57,351 bases of DNA from an uncultured bacterium (GTDB lineage: Bacteria > UBA8481), in NCBI GenBank assembly GCA_964637705.1, contig CAZWVM010000003.1, positions 1-57,351 of the forward strand, in the 5' to 3' direction. The translations under genes and the position numbers were made by a program. The notes below the pieces were generated by a model. It was not told the DNA's origin, searched no databases, and saw only the letters and a list, made by a program, of their open reading frames with translations. Positions 1 through 9,416 of this stretch are shown here, piece after piece (within the stretch, counting starts at the first letter, position 1; every line of letters begins with the position of its first letter).

Positions 1-90
1 CCTTCTCCGCCGAGAGGTGCGCGACGCCGAAGAACTGGTTGTGGCCGAGGATGATCGGGTCGAGGGGGCGGGAGGCCGGGTTCTGTGCGC

Positions 91-1119
91 TCATGAATTC
101 ACCACCTTGAAGGCGCCTTTCTCGTCGGAGGATTCATAGATGGCCGAGATGATCTTCTGCACCTCGTAGGCCGTGTGCACGTTCGACTCCACCGGTCGCT
201 TCGCGGCGACACAGTTCAGGAAGTCGACGTCCTCGAGCGTGTACTGCGGGCCGCCGATGTCAATCTCGACCGTCTGAGGAAGGTCGGGCTTCGACCACGA
301 GGTCCAACCCTCGCCGAGTCTGGCCGCGGGCTCGTCGAGGAGAATCTTCACGTTGTCGTCGGTGACGATGAGCATCCCGCGCGAGCCGTGGACCTCGAAG
401 CGCGACTCCACGAGCCGCCGCCCCCTTACGCTCCAGGAGGAATCGAGCCAGCCCCGCACGCCCGACTTCATGTGGAAGATCGCGTGCAGGAAGTCCTCCG
501 TCGACTCGGAATAGGCGCTGAAGCAGTTGCCGTTCACGCCGTGGGTCGGGCCGAAGTACCAGGACATGAGGTCCACGACGTGCGAGGTCGGCCCCATCAT
601 GAGGCCTCCACCGGACTTGGCCTTGTCGTAGCGCCAGCCCTTGCCCGGCTTGAAGAGTTGCGAGACGTAGAGCGAGTAGTTGAAGGACTGGAGTTCACCC
701 AGCGCCCCGGAGGAGATGAGCTCCCGGCCCTTACGGAAGGGACCGATGTAGCGCATCATGTACCCGACCATGTTCACGGTCGGGGTCGCATCCAGCGCGG
801 CGACGAGACGCTCGGTGTCCTTCGCCGAGAGGGCGAGCGGCTTCTCGACGAAGAAGGGAATGCCGCGCTTGATGCAGTCGAGGCACATGTCGACGTGCGC
901 GAAGACGGGCGTGGTGATGAAGACCGCGTCGAGCTTCTCCTTCTCGAGCATCTCGACGTGGTCCGCATAGACCGCCAGGCCCGGCTTCAGGGCCTTCAGG
1001 GACTGGGCGAGGAAGTCGGAGTTCTCGGCGACGGCCGTGACCTCGTGGCCCGCCAGGCCGTTCACGATGCCGGCATGCAGCATCCCCATCTTTCCGAACC
1101 CGATCACCCCGACCTTCAT
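91..1119 (-). CDS. Gfo/Idh/MocA-family oxidoreductase
   Basis: Starts MKVGVIGFGKMG (Rossmann GxGxxG); has VFITTP and EKP motifs. The ATG at 1119 overlaps the upstream stop (TGATG), so the longer ORF-track start at 1362 is unlikely. Confidence 0.88.
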   Translation of the reverse strand: MKVGVIGFGKMGMLHAGIVNGLAGHEVTAVAENSDFLAQSLKALKPGLAVYADHVEMLEKEKLDAVFITTPVFAHVDMCLDCIKRGIPFFVEKPLALSAKDTERLVAALDATPTVNMVGYMMRYIGPFRKGRELISSGALGELQSFNYSLYVSQLFKPGKGWRYDKAKSGGGLMMGPTSHVVDLMSWYFGPTHGVNGNCFSAYSESTEDFLHAIFHMKSGVRGWLDSSWSVRGRRLVESRFEVHGSRGMLIVTDDNVKILLDEPAARLGEGWTSWSKPDLPQTVEIDIGGPQYTLEDVDFLNCVAAKRPVESNVHTAYEVQKIISAIYESSDEKGAFKVVNS

Positions 1120-2063
1120 CAGCCCTGTCTCCTTTCCGAGTGATGCACGGCTTTGTCCACTCGATACTTGATCGCCTTGAGCATCTGGAGCATGAATCCG
1201 AAGAAGAAAAACTGGACTCCTATTGTCACGAAGAGGCCGGCGAAAATCAGAGAAGGAACGCGATTGATGAGAGGTTCTCCGCAAAACCATCCCTCCCAGA
1301 GCGTCGCGCCGAAATACGCGAAAGCCGCGAGAGTCAGGAAGAGGCCCGCGCCATAGAGCCACTTGATATGCTGCTTGGATCGAAGTATCAGAACGGGGAG
1401 GGTGTAGAAGACGTAGATGGGGATCGAGGAGACGACGCGGGAACCGCCATGCTCACGCTTGAGCCATGCGCTGGGCAACTCGACGATCCGATATCCCTTT
1501 TCGTGAGCATCGATGATCGTTTCCTGCACGTAAGTGTGGAGCCCCAGCATCTCCAGTTCCTCCGCCACCTCCGGCCTCATCGCCCTGATTCCACCGTGGG
1601 AATCGGTGTGCTTGAGACCCGTGAATGCCGAAAGGATCCCCGAAAGCAAGATCGTGCCGAAGCGGTTCACGAAGGGATAGCGGTAATGGACGAGGCCGGG
1701 ACGGCAAAAGCGGGATGCCAGGACCAGATCCGCCCGGTCCTCAACGATTTCGCGAACGAACAGGGGAATCTCGTTCGGATCACACTGGCCGTCCGCGTCG
1801 TAGGTCACGATGACGTCCGGTTTATGCTCCAAGGCGGCTTTCAGCCCGAGATACATCGCGTATCCGAGGCCCTTCCCACCGCCATTGATGACCTCGGCGC
1901 CCAGGGAGCGCGCGATCAATCGCGTCGCGTCGCGTGAATCGTCTGTCAGGAGCACGAGAGGAGGATCCATCGACTCCCGCTCGAAGATCCGACGAATCTC
2001 CTCGATCGTTTTTTTGATCCTTTTCTCCTCGTTCTTCGAGGGGATGACGACGACGGTCTTCAT
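1119..2063 (-). CDS. GT2 glycosyltransferase, polyprenol-phosphate glycosyltransferase (DPM/ArnC-like) with C-terminal TM helices
   Basis: VVIPSKNEE, DDSRDAT, GKGLGYA, YDADGQCDP and ASRF motifs; two hydrophobic C-terminal helices; ATGA overlap with the upstream gene. Confidence 0.85.
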   Translation of the reverse strand: MKTVVVIPSKNEEKRIKKTIEEIRRIFERESMDPPLVLLTDDSRDATRLIARSLGAEVINGGGKGLGYAMYLGLKAALEHKPDVIVTYDADGQCDPNEIPLFVREIVEDRADLVLASRFCRPGLVHYRYPFVNRFGTILLSGILSAFTGLKHTDSHGGIRAMRPEVAEELEMLGLHTYVQETIIDAHEKGYRIVELPSAWLKREHGGSRVVSSIPIYVFYTLPVLILRSKQHIKWLYGAGLFLTLAAFAYFGATLWEGWFCGEPLINRVPSLIFAGLFVTIGVQFFFFGFMLQMLKAIKYRVDKAVHHSERRQG

Positions 2064-3343
2064 ACGAGCGAGTGGTATTTCTTCGAGCCGGTCAGCTTCG
2101 CGCCGTAGCGAAACCACTTGAGGTCGATGACCGGCTTTCCGCAACGCGCGAGGAGAGCTTCACCCTTCGCGTCGAGCTTGTACGGCCCGAGAACGATGAC
2201 GTTGCTCGCCTTGACCAGCGCCGCCAGGGAATCGACCGTGGTGAGCCCCCCCGCGTTCGTCGCGCGGATCTTCTCCGCGGCCTTCGGGTTGTCAAAGGTG
2301 AGTTGACGGATCTTGTGCGCGTAACTGCGCCCCTGCGACTGCACCAGTTCCACCGCCCTCATCACGGGACTTTCGCGCAGGTCGTCCGTGTTCGGCTTGA
2401 AGGTCACGCCCACGTAACCGACGGTGTCGGGCTTGAAGCGATAGATCAGCGAGACGAGGGAGCTGATGAGCCGCTCGTTGGCGCGAAGGATCGCCTCGAA
2501 GAGCACCGGCTCGTGATTCCTCGCCTGCATCATCGAACAGAGCCCGCGCAGTTCCTTCGGAAGGCAGGACCCTCCGAAGGCAAATCCCGGCTTCATGTAG
2601 TAGGGCGAGAGGTTAAGCTTGGTGTCCTTGCAGAAGAGTTCCATCACGCGGTCCGCGTCCGCCCCGCGCGCGCGGCAGAGGGTCGCGATCTCGTTGGTGA
2701 AAACGATCTTCAGGGCGTGGAAGCTGTTGTTCGCATACTTGATCGACTCCGCCGTCGATACGTCGACGACCTCCAGCGGCGCCTTCACCTTCGGTAAAAG
2801 CTTCTTCATGACGCTCACCGGGAATCCCGGCTTGCATCCCACGACATTCAAACTCGGCTCGAAGAAGTCGCGCAGGGCCGTCCCCTCCCGAAGGAACTCC
2901 GGCACGAAAGCCGTCAGCTTCCTCTGGGCGGGAGAGAGCAGGGGGAAGATCATCGACTCGTTCGTGCCCGGAGGACAGGTGCTGCGGATGAGGAGGACGT
3001 GGCGGGACTTCTTGGTCTTCAAAATCCGCGCGATCGTCGAAACGGTCTTCTTTAGGTAGGTGAGATCCACGTCGCCGTCGGGCCGCGAGGGGGTTCCCAC
3101 GCAGACAAGCGATATCTCGGTCTCCATGAGCGCCTTGCGGATTTCCTTCGTCGCCATGACGAGGCCCTTGCGGAAGAGGCCGAGCTCATCCAGACCCGGT
3201 TCGAAGATCGGCCAACGGCCGGCGTTGATGGAGTCGACCTTCTCGTCCACCACGTCGACGCCGATGACGCGGTGGCCCTGGGTGGCGAGGCACGCGGCCG
3301 TGACGCTTCCCACGTATCCGAGACCGAAAATACTGACCTTCAT
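2060..3343 (-). CDS. NDP-sugar 6-dehydrogenase (GDP-mannose/UDP-glucose dehydrogenase family, AlgD-like)
   Basis: MKVSIFGLGYVG, CVGTPS, PEFLREG, KYANNSFHALK, GFAFGGSCLPK (catalytic Cys), FKPNTDDLRESP. Confidence 0.92.
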   Translation of the reverse strand: MKVSIFGLGYVGSVTAACLATQGHRVIGVDVVDEKVDSINAGRWPIFEPGLDELGLFRKGLVMATKEIRKALMETEISLVCVGTPSRPDGDVDLTYLKKTVSTIARILKTKKSRHVLLIRSTCPPGTNESMIFPLLSPAQRKLTAFVPEFLREGTALRDFFEPSLNVVGCKPGFPVSVMKKLLPKVKAPLEVVDVSTAESIKYANNSFHALKIVFTNEIATLCRARGADADRVMELFCKDTKLNLSPYYMKPGFAFGGSCLPKELRGLCSMMQARNHEPVLFEAILRANERLISSLVSLIYRFKPDTVGYVGVTFKPNTDDLRESPVMRAVELVQSQGRSYAHKIRQLTFDNPKAAEKIRATNAGGLTTVDSLAALVKASNVIVLGPYKLDAKGEALLARCGKPVIDLKWFRYGAKLTGSKKYHSLV

Positions 3344-3415
3344 CGGGTTCCCTTCCTCATTCGTTTCGCGTTACCCGCCTGTACAACCTGTGGATAAAGG
3401 CGGACCGGAGCGGCG

Positions 3416-3424
3416 ATTATGGCA
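3416..3424 (-). promoter_or_regulatory. Putative extended -10 promoter (TGcCATAAT) for the dehydrogenase block
   Basis: The minus strand reads TGCCATAAT about 70 nt upstream of the ATG at 3343, which has a purine-rich SD-like stretch. Confidence 0.4.
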
Positions 3425-3464
3425 TGGAGGATGGGAGAAGGCAACGAGGAATCGGGTGACGGAG

Positions 3465-3544
3465 AGGAGTCAGGAGTGAGGAGTGAGAAGACCAGGGCTC
3501 GGTCGATTACGGAAGCGCTTCAGTTTCCTCCTTACTCCTCACTC
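3465..3544. repeat. AGGAGT(C/G) heptamer tandem repeats present as an imperfect inverted pair
   Basis: AGGAGTC-AGGAGTG-AGGAGTG-AG at 3465-3487. The reverse complement of 3531-3544 (GAGTGAGGAGTAAG) matches 3474-3487 at 13/14. Confidence 0.6.
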
Positions 3545-4296
3545 GCCCGTATACCACGATCGGATCCCGGTCCATCGTGTAGCGGAAGAAGTCGCGGTCG
3601 AAGGGTGGGTGCCCATAAGACGGCCGCGAAGAGGCCCGCGCCGTGGCTGTCGCGCACCAGGCGTCGCGCGAGGAGATAGAGCATGCAGGTCGAGAAGACG
3701 AAGGCCAGGGCGTTCACGAACTTCATGCCGAGGAAGATCCGCGAGAGGAGATCCGCGTTCCGGATGAAGACGGTGATGTCACCGAGGGGCGAGGAGGACA
3801 GTTCTCCCGTCGCGAAGGCCGGCAGAAGAAACGCGGCGATGGAGGCGGCACAAGGGTAGATGTAGGCCCCGCCGTACAGGAACCAGTGGGGATTGAAGTC
3901 CAGCCGCTGGGGCTTCATCGCGCGGATCGCGTCGATCGTCTTCGTCTCGTCCCCGAAGCTCGAGCCGAAGACGATGAGGCGCAGGTAATTGATGTGCGCG
4001 CGTGTCAGCTCGTACGAGCGCCCGAGGCTGTCGGAGACGGAGAAGACCGCCTCGTCCTTCTGGCGCTCGTTGTGCCGCCCGTAATCGAGATACCCGCTGT
4101 CCTGCAGCATCTCCTCGAAGAGCTTCCTCTCGTCCCGGATGACGACCGCCACGCTCTCGCGGAGCCCCGGGTCCGTCACCACCTTCTCGAACCGCGCGCG
4201 GCTCGGCACGCCGTCGCCGATGCCGGCGAGGGAGAAGAAGAGGGGGACGGCCACGAGAACGAAGAGGCCACCGAGACGCGATAGAATGCGATTCAT
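3507..4296 (-). pseudogene. GT-C (ArnT/PMT-like) membrane glycosyltransferase with an apparent internal deletion and frameshift
   Basis: The 254-aa frame 4296-3532 has an N-terminal TM, a GDE motif and LDFNPHWFLYGGAYIYP, then turns to non-protein-like sequence after AAVL. A second frame, YGHPPFDRDFFRYTMDRDPIVVYGRVRSKEETEALP*, has typical codon usage and stops at 3507. Confidence 0.6.
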
Positions 4297-4309
4297 GGGC
4301 GCCTGTGTA

Positions 4310-5386
4310 TCACGCGGGCCGGGGGCCGACAAGCGGTTCCGGGGCGAAGACGTCCAGGTCGGTCTCGCACCGGCGCCGCCGGTATCCGCGGCGCTCCAGC
4401 ACGCGCTCGACGGCCGCCCGCGTCCCCGCGAAGTGCATCGGCACGTCCTCCTCCTCGTCCGGCAGGCGCGAGAGGAAGAGCCGCGGTCCCGCGAGCGAGG
4501 CCAGCAGCCGCTCCGTCATCGCGCCCGGATCCGGCAGGTGCTCCAGGACGTCGAATCCGATCACGGCATCGAATCGATCGTCGTCCAACGAGGCGATCCG
4601 CAGCTCCAAGCCGCGGCGCCGGGCCTTGAAGAGCACGAAGTCGAGGAGACGCCGGTTGACGTCGTGCAGCGATACCGCGCAGCCGCGTCGCGCCAGTTCC
4701 AGCGCGACCTCGCCCACGCCGGGTCCGATCTCGATCACGCGCGTTCCCGGCGACAAAAAGCGCCAGGCGTCGTCGATATACTCGGTCCGGCCCCCGGACC
4801 AGAAGTTGGCCTTCGTGAGCTGGTAGAGATAGAAATCGTGGCGGCGGTAGAAGTCCTCGATCTCGGCGGGCGTCTTCGGACGGGCCTCGTTCCATGCGCG
4901 AAACCCCTCCTCCTCGGCCTGCGCGCACCTGCGTTCGACGGCGTCCAGGGGTTCGCCGGTGAAAGCCGCCAGTTCCTCCAGGCGCGCGCGTTTCCGCCCG
5001 GCCAGGGCGGCCGCCGAGGCTGCGTGGAAGCGCGCGACGTCCGCCGCGTCGGGCGCCGTTTCCTCCGCGAAGAAGTCGTTCGCGTAGAAGCGGAGGATCT
5101 CCCTCGCCCCGAGCGCCGCCGCGAACTCCTCCACGTTGGCATACTCGTGCCGCTCCGGATGGGAATGCGAATAGGGAATCGCCACGGCATCGAAGCGACC
5201 GGCGAAGGGCCGGGCCGCGTCGGCGGAGAAGCGGTCGCCGGGAAGGAGGAGGCTCGGAAGCGCCGCGAGAGAACCGGAAACGGGAAACCGCGCGGTGCGC
5301 ACCAGTTCCAGGGGAGCCCGTCCCTCGAGCCGGGCGACGAGCTTCTCCAGCCGCTTCGGCCGGGCCGACGCGAGAACGGCGATCAC
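4310..5386 (-). CDS. Class I SAM methyltransferase with uncharacterised N-terminal domain
   Basis: VIEIGPGVGE, HDVN and FDVLEHLPDP motifs. The GTG start overlaps the upstream TGA and is preceded by GAGGAAG. Confidence 0.82.
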   Translation of the reverse strand: MIAVLASARPKRLEKLVARLEGRAPLELVRTARFPVSGSLAALPSLLLPGDRFSADAARPFAGRFDAVAIPYSHSHPERHEYANVEEFAAALGAREILRFYANDFFAEETAPDAADVARFHAASAAALAGRKRARLEELAAFTGEPLDAVERRCAQAEEEGFRAWNEARPKTPAEIEDFYRRHDFYLYQLTKANFWSGGRTEYIDDAWRFLSPGTRVIEIGPGVGEVALELARRGCAVSLHDVNRRLLDFVLFKARRRGLELRIASLDDDRFDAVIGFDVLEHLPDPGAMTERLLASLAGPRLFLSRLPDEEEDVPMHFAGTRAAVERVLERRGYRRRRCETDLDVFAPEPLVGPRPA

Positions 5387-6153
5387 GGCTTCCTCAACGC
5401 GTAGAGGCGCGCCTGGTCCACGAACCGTCGCTCCGTCTCGAGCCCGAGGCCCAGCGACGCCGCCTCGTCGAGAAACGCCTCGGGCGTGAGTCCGAATGCC
5501 CCCGCGATGTGATCCACGGCGCGTTCCTCCTCGTAATCCACCTTCAGAACCAACACCCCTCCCGGGGACGCGAGGTTCCGCAGGTCGCGGAGCGTGCGCC
5601 GCCACTGGGGGATGTGCTCGAGCGTCGAGAGGCAGATCACGGTCTCGTAGGCGCCCTCCGGCAGCCCCTCGTCGAGGCGATGGCAGCGGATCTCCGGGGC
5701 ATGGCGCCGCACCCGGAACTCGGCGAAGCGGAAGGGCGGCGAATCGAGGTCCGCGAGCGTGACCTCGATCCCCCGTTCGCGCCTCGCGAAGAGCCCCATG
5801 CATCCGATGCCCGCCCCGAAATCGAGAAACCGCTCTCCCTCGATGTACGGGTCCACGAGATCCCGGTAGCGCGAGTAGCGGGCGCGGTCCGCGGTGGCAT
5901 GCGCGAAGAGATAGCACGAGGTGTCGCGGTAGAATTCCGCGGCGGCCGACGCATCGACGATCCCCCGACCCGCCCAGTCCCTCTCCTTCTCCTCCTCCCA
6001 GGCCTCGAACCGCCGCCGGATCTCGTCCCGGCCCAGCCCGGTGAAGGCCTCGAGGTCCTCGAGGATGGTGGGCAGCCGGAGCCGAGGCAGAACGCGGCCG
6101 ACGTACTCGTCGCGATCGATGAGCGCGTAGGATTCCAGGCCCGGTTCAGGCAT
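5383..6153 (-). CDS. Class I SAM methyltransferase
   Basis: FLDFGAGIG, LADLD and LSTLEHIP motifs. Confidence 0.85.
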   Translation of the reverse strand: MPEPGLESYALIDRDEYVGRVLPRLRLPTILEDLEAFTGLGRDEIRRRFEAWEEEKERDWAGRGIVDASAAAEFYRDTSCYLFAHATADRARYSRYRDLVDPYIEGERFLDFGAGIGCMGLFARRERGIEVTLADLDSPPFRFAEFRVRRHAPEIRCHRLDEGLPEGAYETVICLSTLEHIPQWRRTLRDLRNLASPGGVLVLKVDYEEERAVDHIAGAFGLTPEAFLDEAASLGLGLETERRFVDQARLYALRKP

Positions 6154-7315
6154 GCCCGGTCCGCGCGATCTTCCGGTACAGCTCCGCCATGCGGTCCATC
6201 TGCCGGCCCGCCTCGTAGCGGCCCACGGCGCGGCGATTCCGCTCGCCCATGCGGCGACGCCGTGAAGCGTCTCCCGCGATCCGCTCCATGGACTCCGCCA
6301 GGGCGGCGACGTCCATGACGGGAACGAGAAAGGCCTCGGCGCCGCGGTCCACCAGGGCCCGGTTCGCGGGAATGTCGGAAAGGATGAGGGGCCGCTTCAT
6401 CGCCATGGCCTCGAGCACCGAGACGCTCGTTCCGTCGGAATAGGGGACCGAGACGAAGGCCGAGGCCCGGGCATACCAGGACGGGAGCTTTGCGTGGTCG
6501 ATGTCCCGGACGATGAGCACGTCGGGAATCCGGTTCTTCCGAACGAGAGAGCGCAGTTCCGCGTCGGTCTCGGCCGTCGCGAAACGCCCGCCGAGGACGA
6601 GGGAGCAGCGTCTCCTCCGCCGGACGCGGGCGAAGGCCCGGAGCACCGTGTCGAGGCAGGAGTTCGGCACGGCGCTGCGGTTCGACAGGAAGAGCGGATC
6701 GGGCAGGGCGGCGAGCTCCGGGGCCGGGCCGGGCGCGCCTCCGAAAAGCGACAGGTCGACGCCCCAGTGGATCTCGTGGAACCGTTCCACGGGGCAGTCC
6801 CATCCCGCCAGGACCTCGGCCGCATGGGGCGTGTCCGCGGTCACGGCAGCGGCCGCGCGGAAGAGGTGGGTGGCGATCGAGTGCTCGTTGTAGTTCCAGC
6901 GGGCGTCGTCGTAGAGATCGGCGCCGAGGATCGAGACGACGAGCGGGCGGAAATCCGCGAGCGCGGCCCAGTAGCCCCGGTCCTTGAGGTTCACGTGGAC
7001 AAGATCGGGTTTCACGCGCGCGGCGATCTCCCGGTACTCGGCGACGCGACTCGACAACCCCTCGGGATTCTGGACGGGACCGAAGCGGCGCCAGGCGGGC
7101 GCTTCCTTGAGGAGGGCCGCCAGGGAACGACGCCCCCGGATCCTCACCGGGCTGGCGAGCGTGTGCATGACGGCGCCGGGGAGAACGAAACCGGGATCGC
7201 GGCGGATCATGTGACAATCGAATCCGCGCTCGAGCATCGCTCCGCACCACCTCAGGGTGTGCAGGCCGTCGCCCATGTCGAAGAGGATGCGGATCTTCTT
7301 CCCGGTGGCCTTCAT
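6146..7315 (-). CDS. GT4 glycosyltransferase
   Basis: SILGAD, DGTSVSVLEAMAM and ILSDIPANRALV (GT4 C-terminal signature). Confidence 0.88.
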   Translation of the reverse strand: MKATGKKIRILFDMGDGLHTLRWCGAMLERGFDCHMIRRDPGFVLPGAVMHTLASPVRIRGRRSLAALLKEAPAWRRFGPVQNPEGLSSRVAEYREIAARVKPDLVHVNLKDRGYWAALADFRPLVVSILGADLYDDARWNYNEHSIATHLFRAAAAVTADTPHAAEVLAGWDCPVERFHEIHWGVDLSLFGGAPGPAPELAALPDPLFLSNRSAVPNSCLDTVLRAFARVRRRRRCSLVLGGRFATAETDAELRSLVRKNRIPDVLIVRDIDHAKLPSWYARASAFVSVPYSDGTSVSVLEAMAMKRPLILSDIPANRALVDRGAEAFLVPVMDVAALAESMERIAGDASRRRRMGERNRRAVGRYEAGRQMDRMAELYRKIARTGHA

Positions 7316-7458
7316 GACGGGCCTATTCTGCGGTTCTTTGGGGCGGGGCGCAACCGGAGTCGAGAGCGGTGCCGGCGGAGATCGAGCCGGCCCCCATCGG
7401 CTCCCGCGCGCTCCTCCCCGTCCTTGCCCTCGGCTACCCCTGTTGCTACCCTTGATTC

Positions 7459-8427
7459 GTGGTCGAGAAATCCGAGAACCTGGTCACCATCGGCATCACC
7501 AGCTTTCGCGAGGGAGCCTGGTTGCGCGAATGCTGGGAGAGCGTCCTGGCGCAGGAGGACGACCGCTGGGAGGCCGTCATCGTCCAAGACGCGGGCGCCA
7601 GTCCCGAGACGCGCGAGGTGTTCGACTCGCTCGAGCACCCCCGCCTCCGCAAGCATCGCCTCGATAGGCGGGGTCTGAATTCCGGCACCCGCAACCAGGC
7701 CTTCGCGATGACGAGGACACCCTACCATTTCTATCTCGACGCCGACGACATGCTCTTCCCTTCCAGCGTCGGTCGGGCCATCACCGCCTTCGAGCGAAAC
7801 CCGGAGGCGGCCTTCGTCTACGGCGACCTGCAGATTTTCGGCAAGGAAGAGCGGATCATGGCGCTGCCGCGCGAATACTCTCTCGACGACTGGGGCGTAC
7901 GCCAGGTCATCACCGGGGCGGCCGTCTACCGGAAGGATGCCTGGGAGAAGGTGGGCGGTCTCGTCTCGGATCCGGACCTGGCCGAGAAGCTCTATCGCAA
8001 CAACGACTACGATTTCCACCTGGGCCTCGCCGAGGCGGGCTTCAAGGGGGTCCATTGCGGCGACGTCTACTACCGTTACCGGACCCACGGCCAGGAGCAG
8101 GTCTGCTCGGGCCCGGTCATCAACGAGACGATCTACCAGACCTATCCGCTGATGGTGGAGCGCCATCCCCGCTACTTCGCCGACGAGGCGCGCCGCGTGC
8201 GCTTCCTCATCATCGGTCACGTGCTTTCCTGGCGCGCCCTCCTGGCGCAGCGCGACGCGGATCGTTCCCGGGAGGTGGCGCGCTCCGCCTGGAGACACCT
8301 GGGGCCGACGCGCCTGGTGCGACTGGGCCGGCGGGGACGCCGCATGCTCCTGGCCGGCGCCCTGCCGCTCTCCGCCTGGCGAGCCCTGGTCCGGCGGGTG
8401 GATTTCGAACCATCGGCGAAATCGTGA
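7459..8427 (+). CDS. GT2 glycosyltransferase
   Basis: TIGITSFRE, VQDAG, FYLDADD and YDFHLGLA motifs; GTG start. Confidence 0.85.
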   Translation: MVEKSENLVTIGITSFREGAWLRECWESVLAQEDDRWEAVIVQDAGASPETREVFDSLEHPRLRKHRLDRRGLNSGTRNQAFAMTRTPYHFYLDADDMLFPSSVGRAITAFERNPEAAFVYGDLQIFGKEERIMALPREYSLDDWGVRQVITGAAVYRKDAWEKVGGLVSDPDLAEKLYRNNDYDFHLGLAEAGFKGVHCGDVYYRYRTHGQEQVCSGPVINETIYQTYPLMVERHPRYFADEARRVRFLIIGHVLSWRALLAQRDADRSREVARSAWRHLGPTRLVRLGRRGRRMLLAGALPLSAWRALVRRVDFEPSAKS

Positions 8428-9416
8428 CGGACCCGGCCTCCCGCGCCACGCCGCCTCTCCGGTGGGGCGTCCTGGGAACCGGCGGCATCCTGGCCGGCGT
8501 TCTGCCGGCCGTCGCGAAGCTGCCGGATCACGTCGTCCTCTCCGTCGCCGGCCGATCGCAGGCCAAGGCCGGCGCCGTCGCGTCCCGTTTCGGCCTGCCG
8601 CGTTGTCACGAGGATTTCGCCTCGCTGGTCTCCGATCCGGACATCGACGCCGTGTACGTGGCCCTGCCCAACTCCCTGCACGCGGAGTGGTGCATCCGCG
8701 CGCTGGAGGCCGGCAAGCACGTCCTGTGCGAGAAACCGCTCGCTCTCTCCGTCGCCGACGTGCGCGCCCTGTTCGGGGCGGCCCGGCGTTCGAGCCGGGT
8801 GCTCATGGAGGGATTCATGTACCGGCACCATCCGGTCATCGCCGAAACCCTGCGCATGGTTCGGACGGGTGTCATCGGTAAGATCCGCCGGATCGAGTGC
8901 CGCTTCACCTCCTACCTCCCGCCCGGCGACAATTACCGCTGGCGACCGGAGTGCGGCGGCGGCTCGGCCTGGGACCTGGGCTGCTACTGCCTCCACTTCG
9001 CGCGGCTCCTCGCCGGCGCGGAACCGCGGGAAAGCCGGTCGACGATCGCGTGGTCCGAGAGCGGAGTGGACGAGTCGATGCGCGCCGAGCACGTCTTCCC
9101 CGGGGGCATCGCCGCGTCATGGCAGTCGGGTTTCACGCGGCCCGGCCTGGCCGACGCCTCCATCGAGGGCGAATGCGGAACGATTCGCCTCGATTGGCCC
9201 TGGCTGCCGGAACTGGCCCGGAATCCCTTGAGGCTCGAGAAGGAGGGGAAAGACGAGTCTGTGCCCGTGCCCGCCGCCAATTCCTACGCCCGGGAGTTTC
9301 TCCACTTCGGCGCCTGCGTGCGGGGCGTCGAGGTTCCGCTCGGCGGCGAGGAGGACGCGGCGGGAAATTGCGAGGGACTCGTTCGCCTCCTCGAGGCGGG
9401 ACGCGCCGCCGCATGA
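8424..9416 (+). CDS. Gfo/Idh/MocA-family oxidoreductase
   Basis: LRWGVLGTGGI, AVYVALPNSLHAEW, HVLCEKP, EGFMYRHHP and DLGCY motifs; GTGA overlap with the GT2. Confidence 0.9.
   Translation: MTDPASRATPPLRWGVLGTGGILAGVLPAVAKLPDHVVLSVAGRSQAKAGAVASRFGLPRCHEDFASLVSDPDIDAVYVALPNSLHAEWCIRALEAGKHVLCEKPLALSVADVRALFGAARRSSRVLMEGFMYRHHPVIAETLRMVRTGVIGKIRRIECRFTSYLPPGDNYRWRPECGGGSAWDLGCYCLHFARLLAGAEPRESRSTIAWSESGVDESMRAEHVFPGGIAASWQSGFTRPGLADASIEGECGTIRLDWPWLPELARNPLRLEKEGKDESVPVPAANSYAREFLHFGACVRGVEVPLGGEEDAAGNCEGLVRLLEAGRAAA

Noticed and set aside
2009-2015. A7 run in the GT2 coding strand as a phase-variation tract
   Set aside because: Only 7 nt, in frame (IKKT), and no evidence of length variation.
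1119-2063. Lower GC (about 50-60% by eye) suggesting separate horizontal acquisition
   Set aside because: Estimated from a few lines only and partly explained by hydrophobic/Lys-rich coding; needs a sliding-window calculation.
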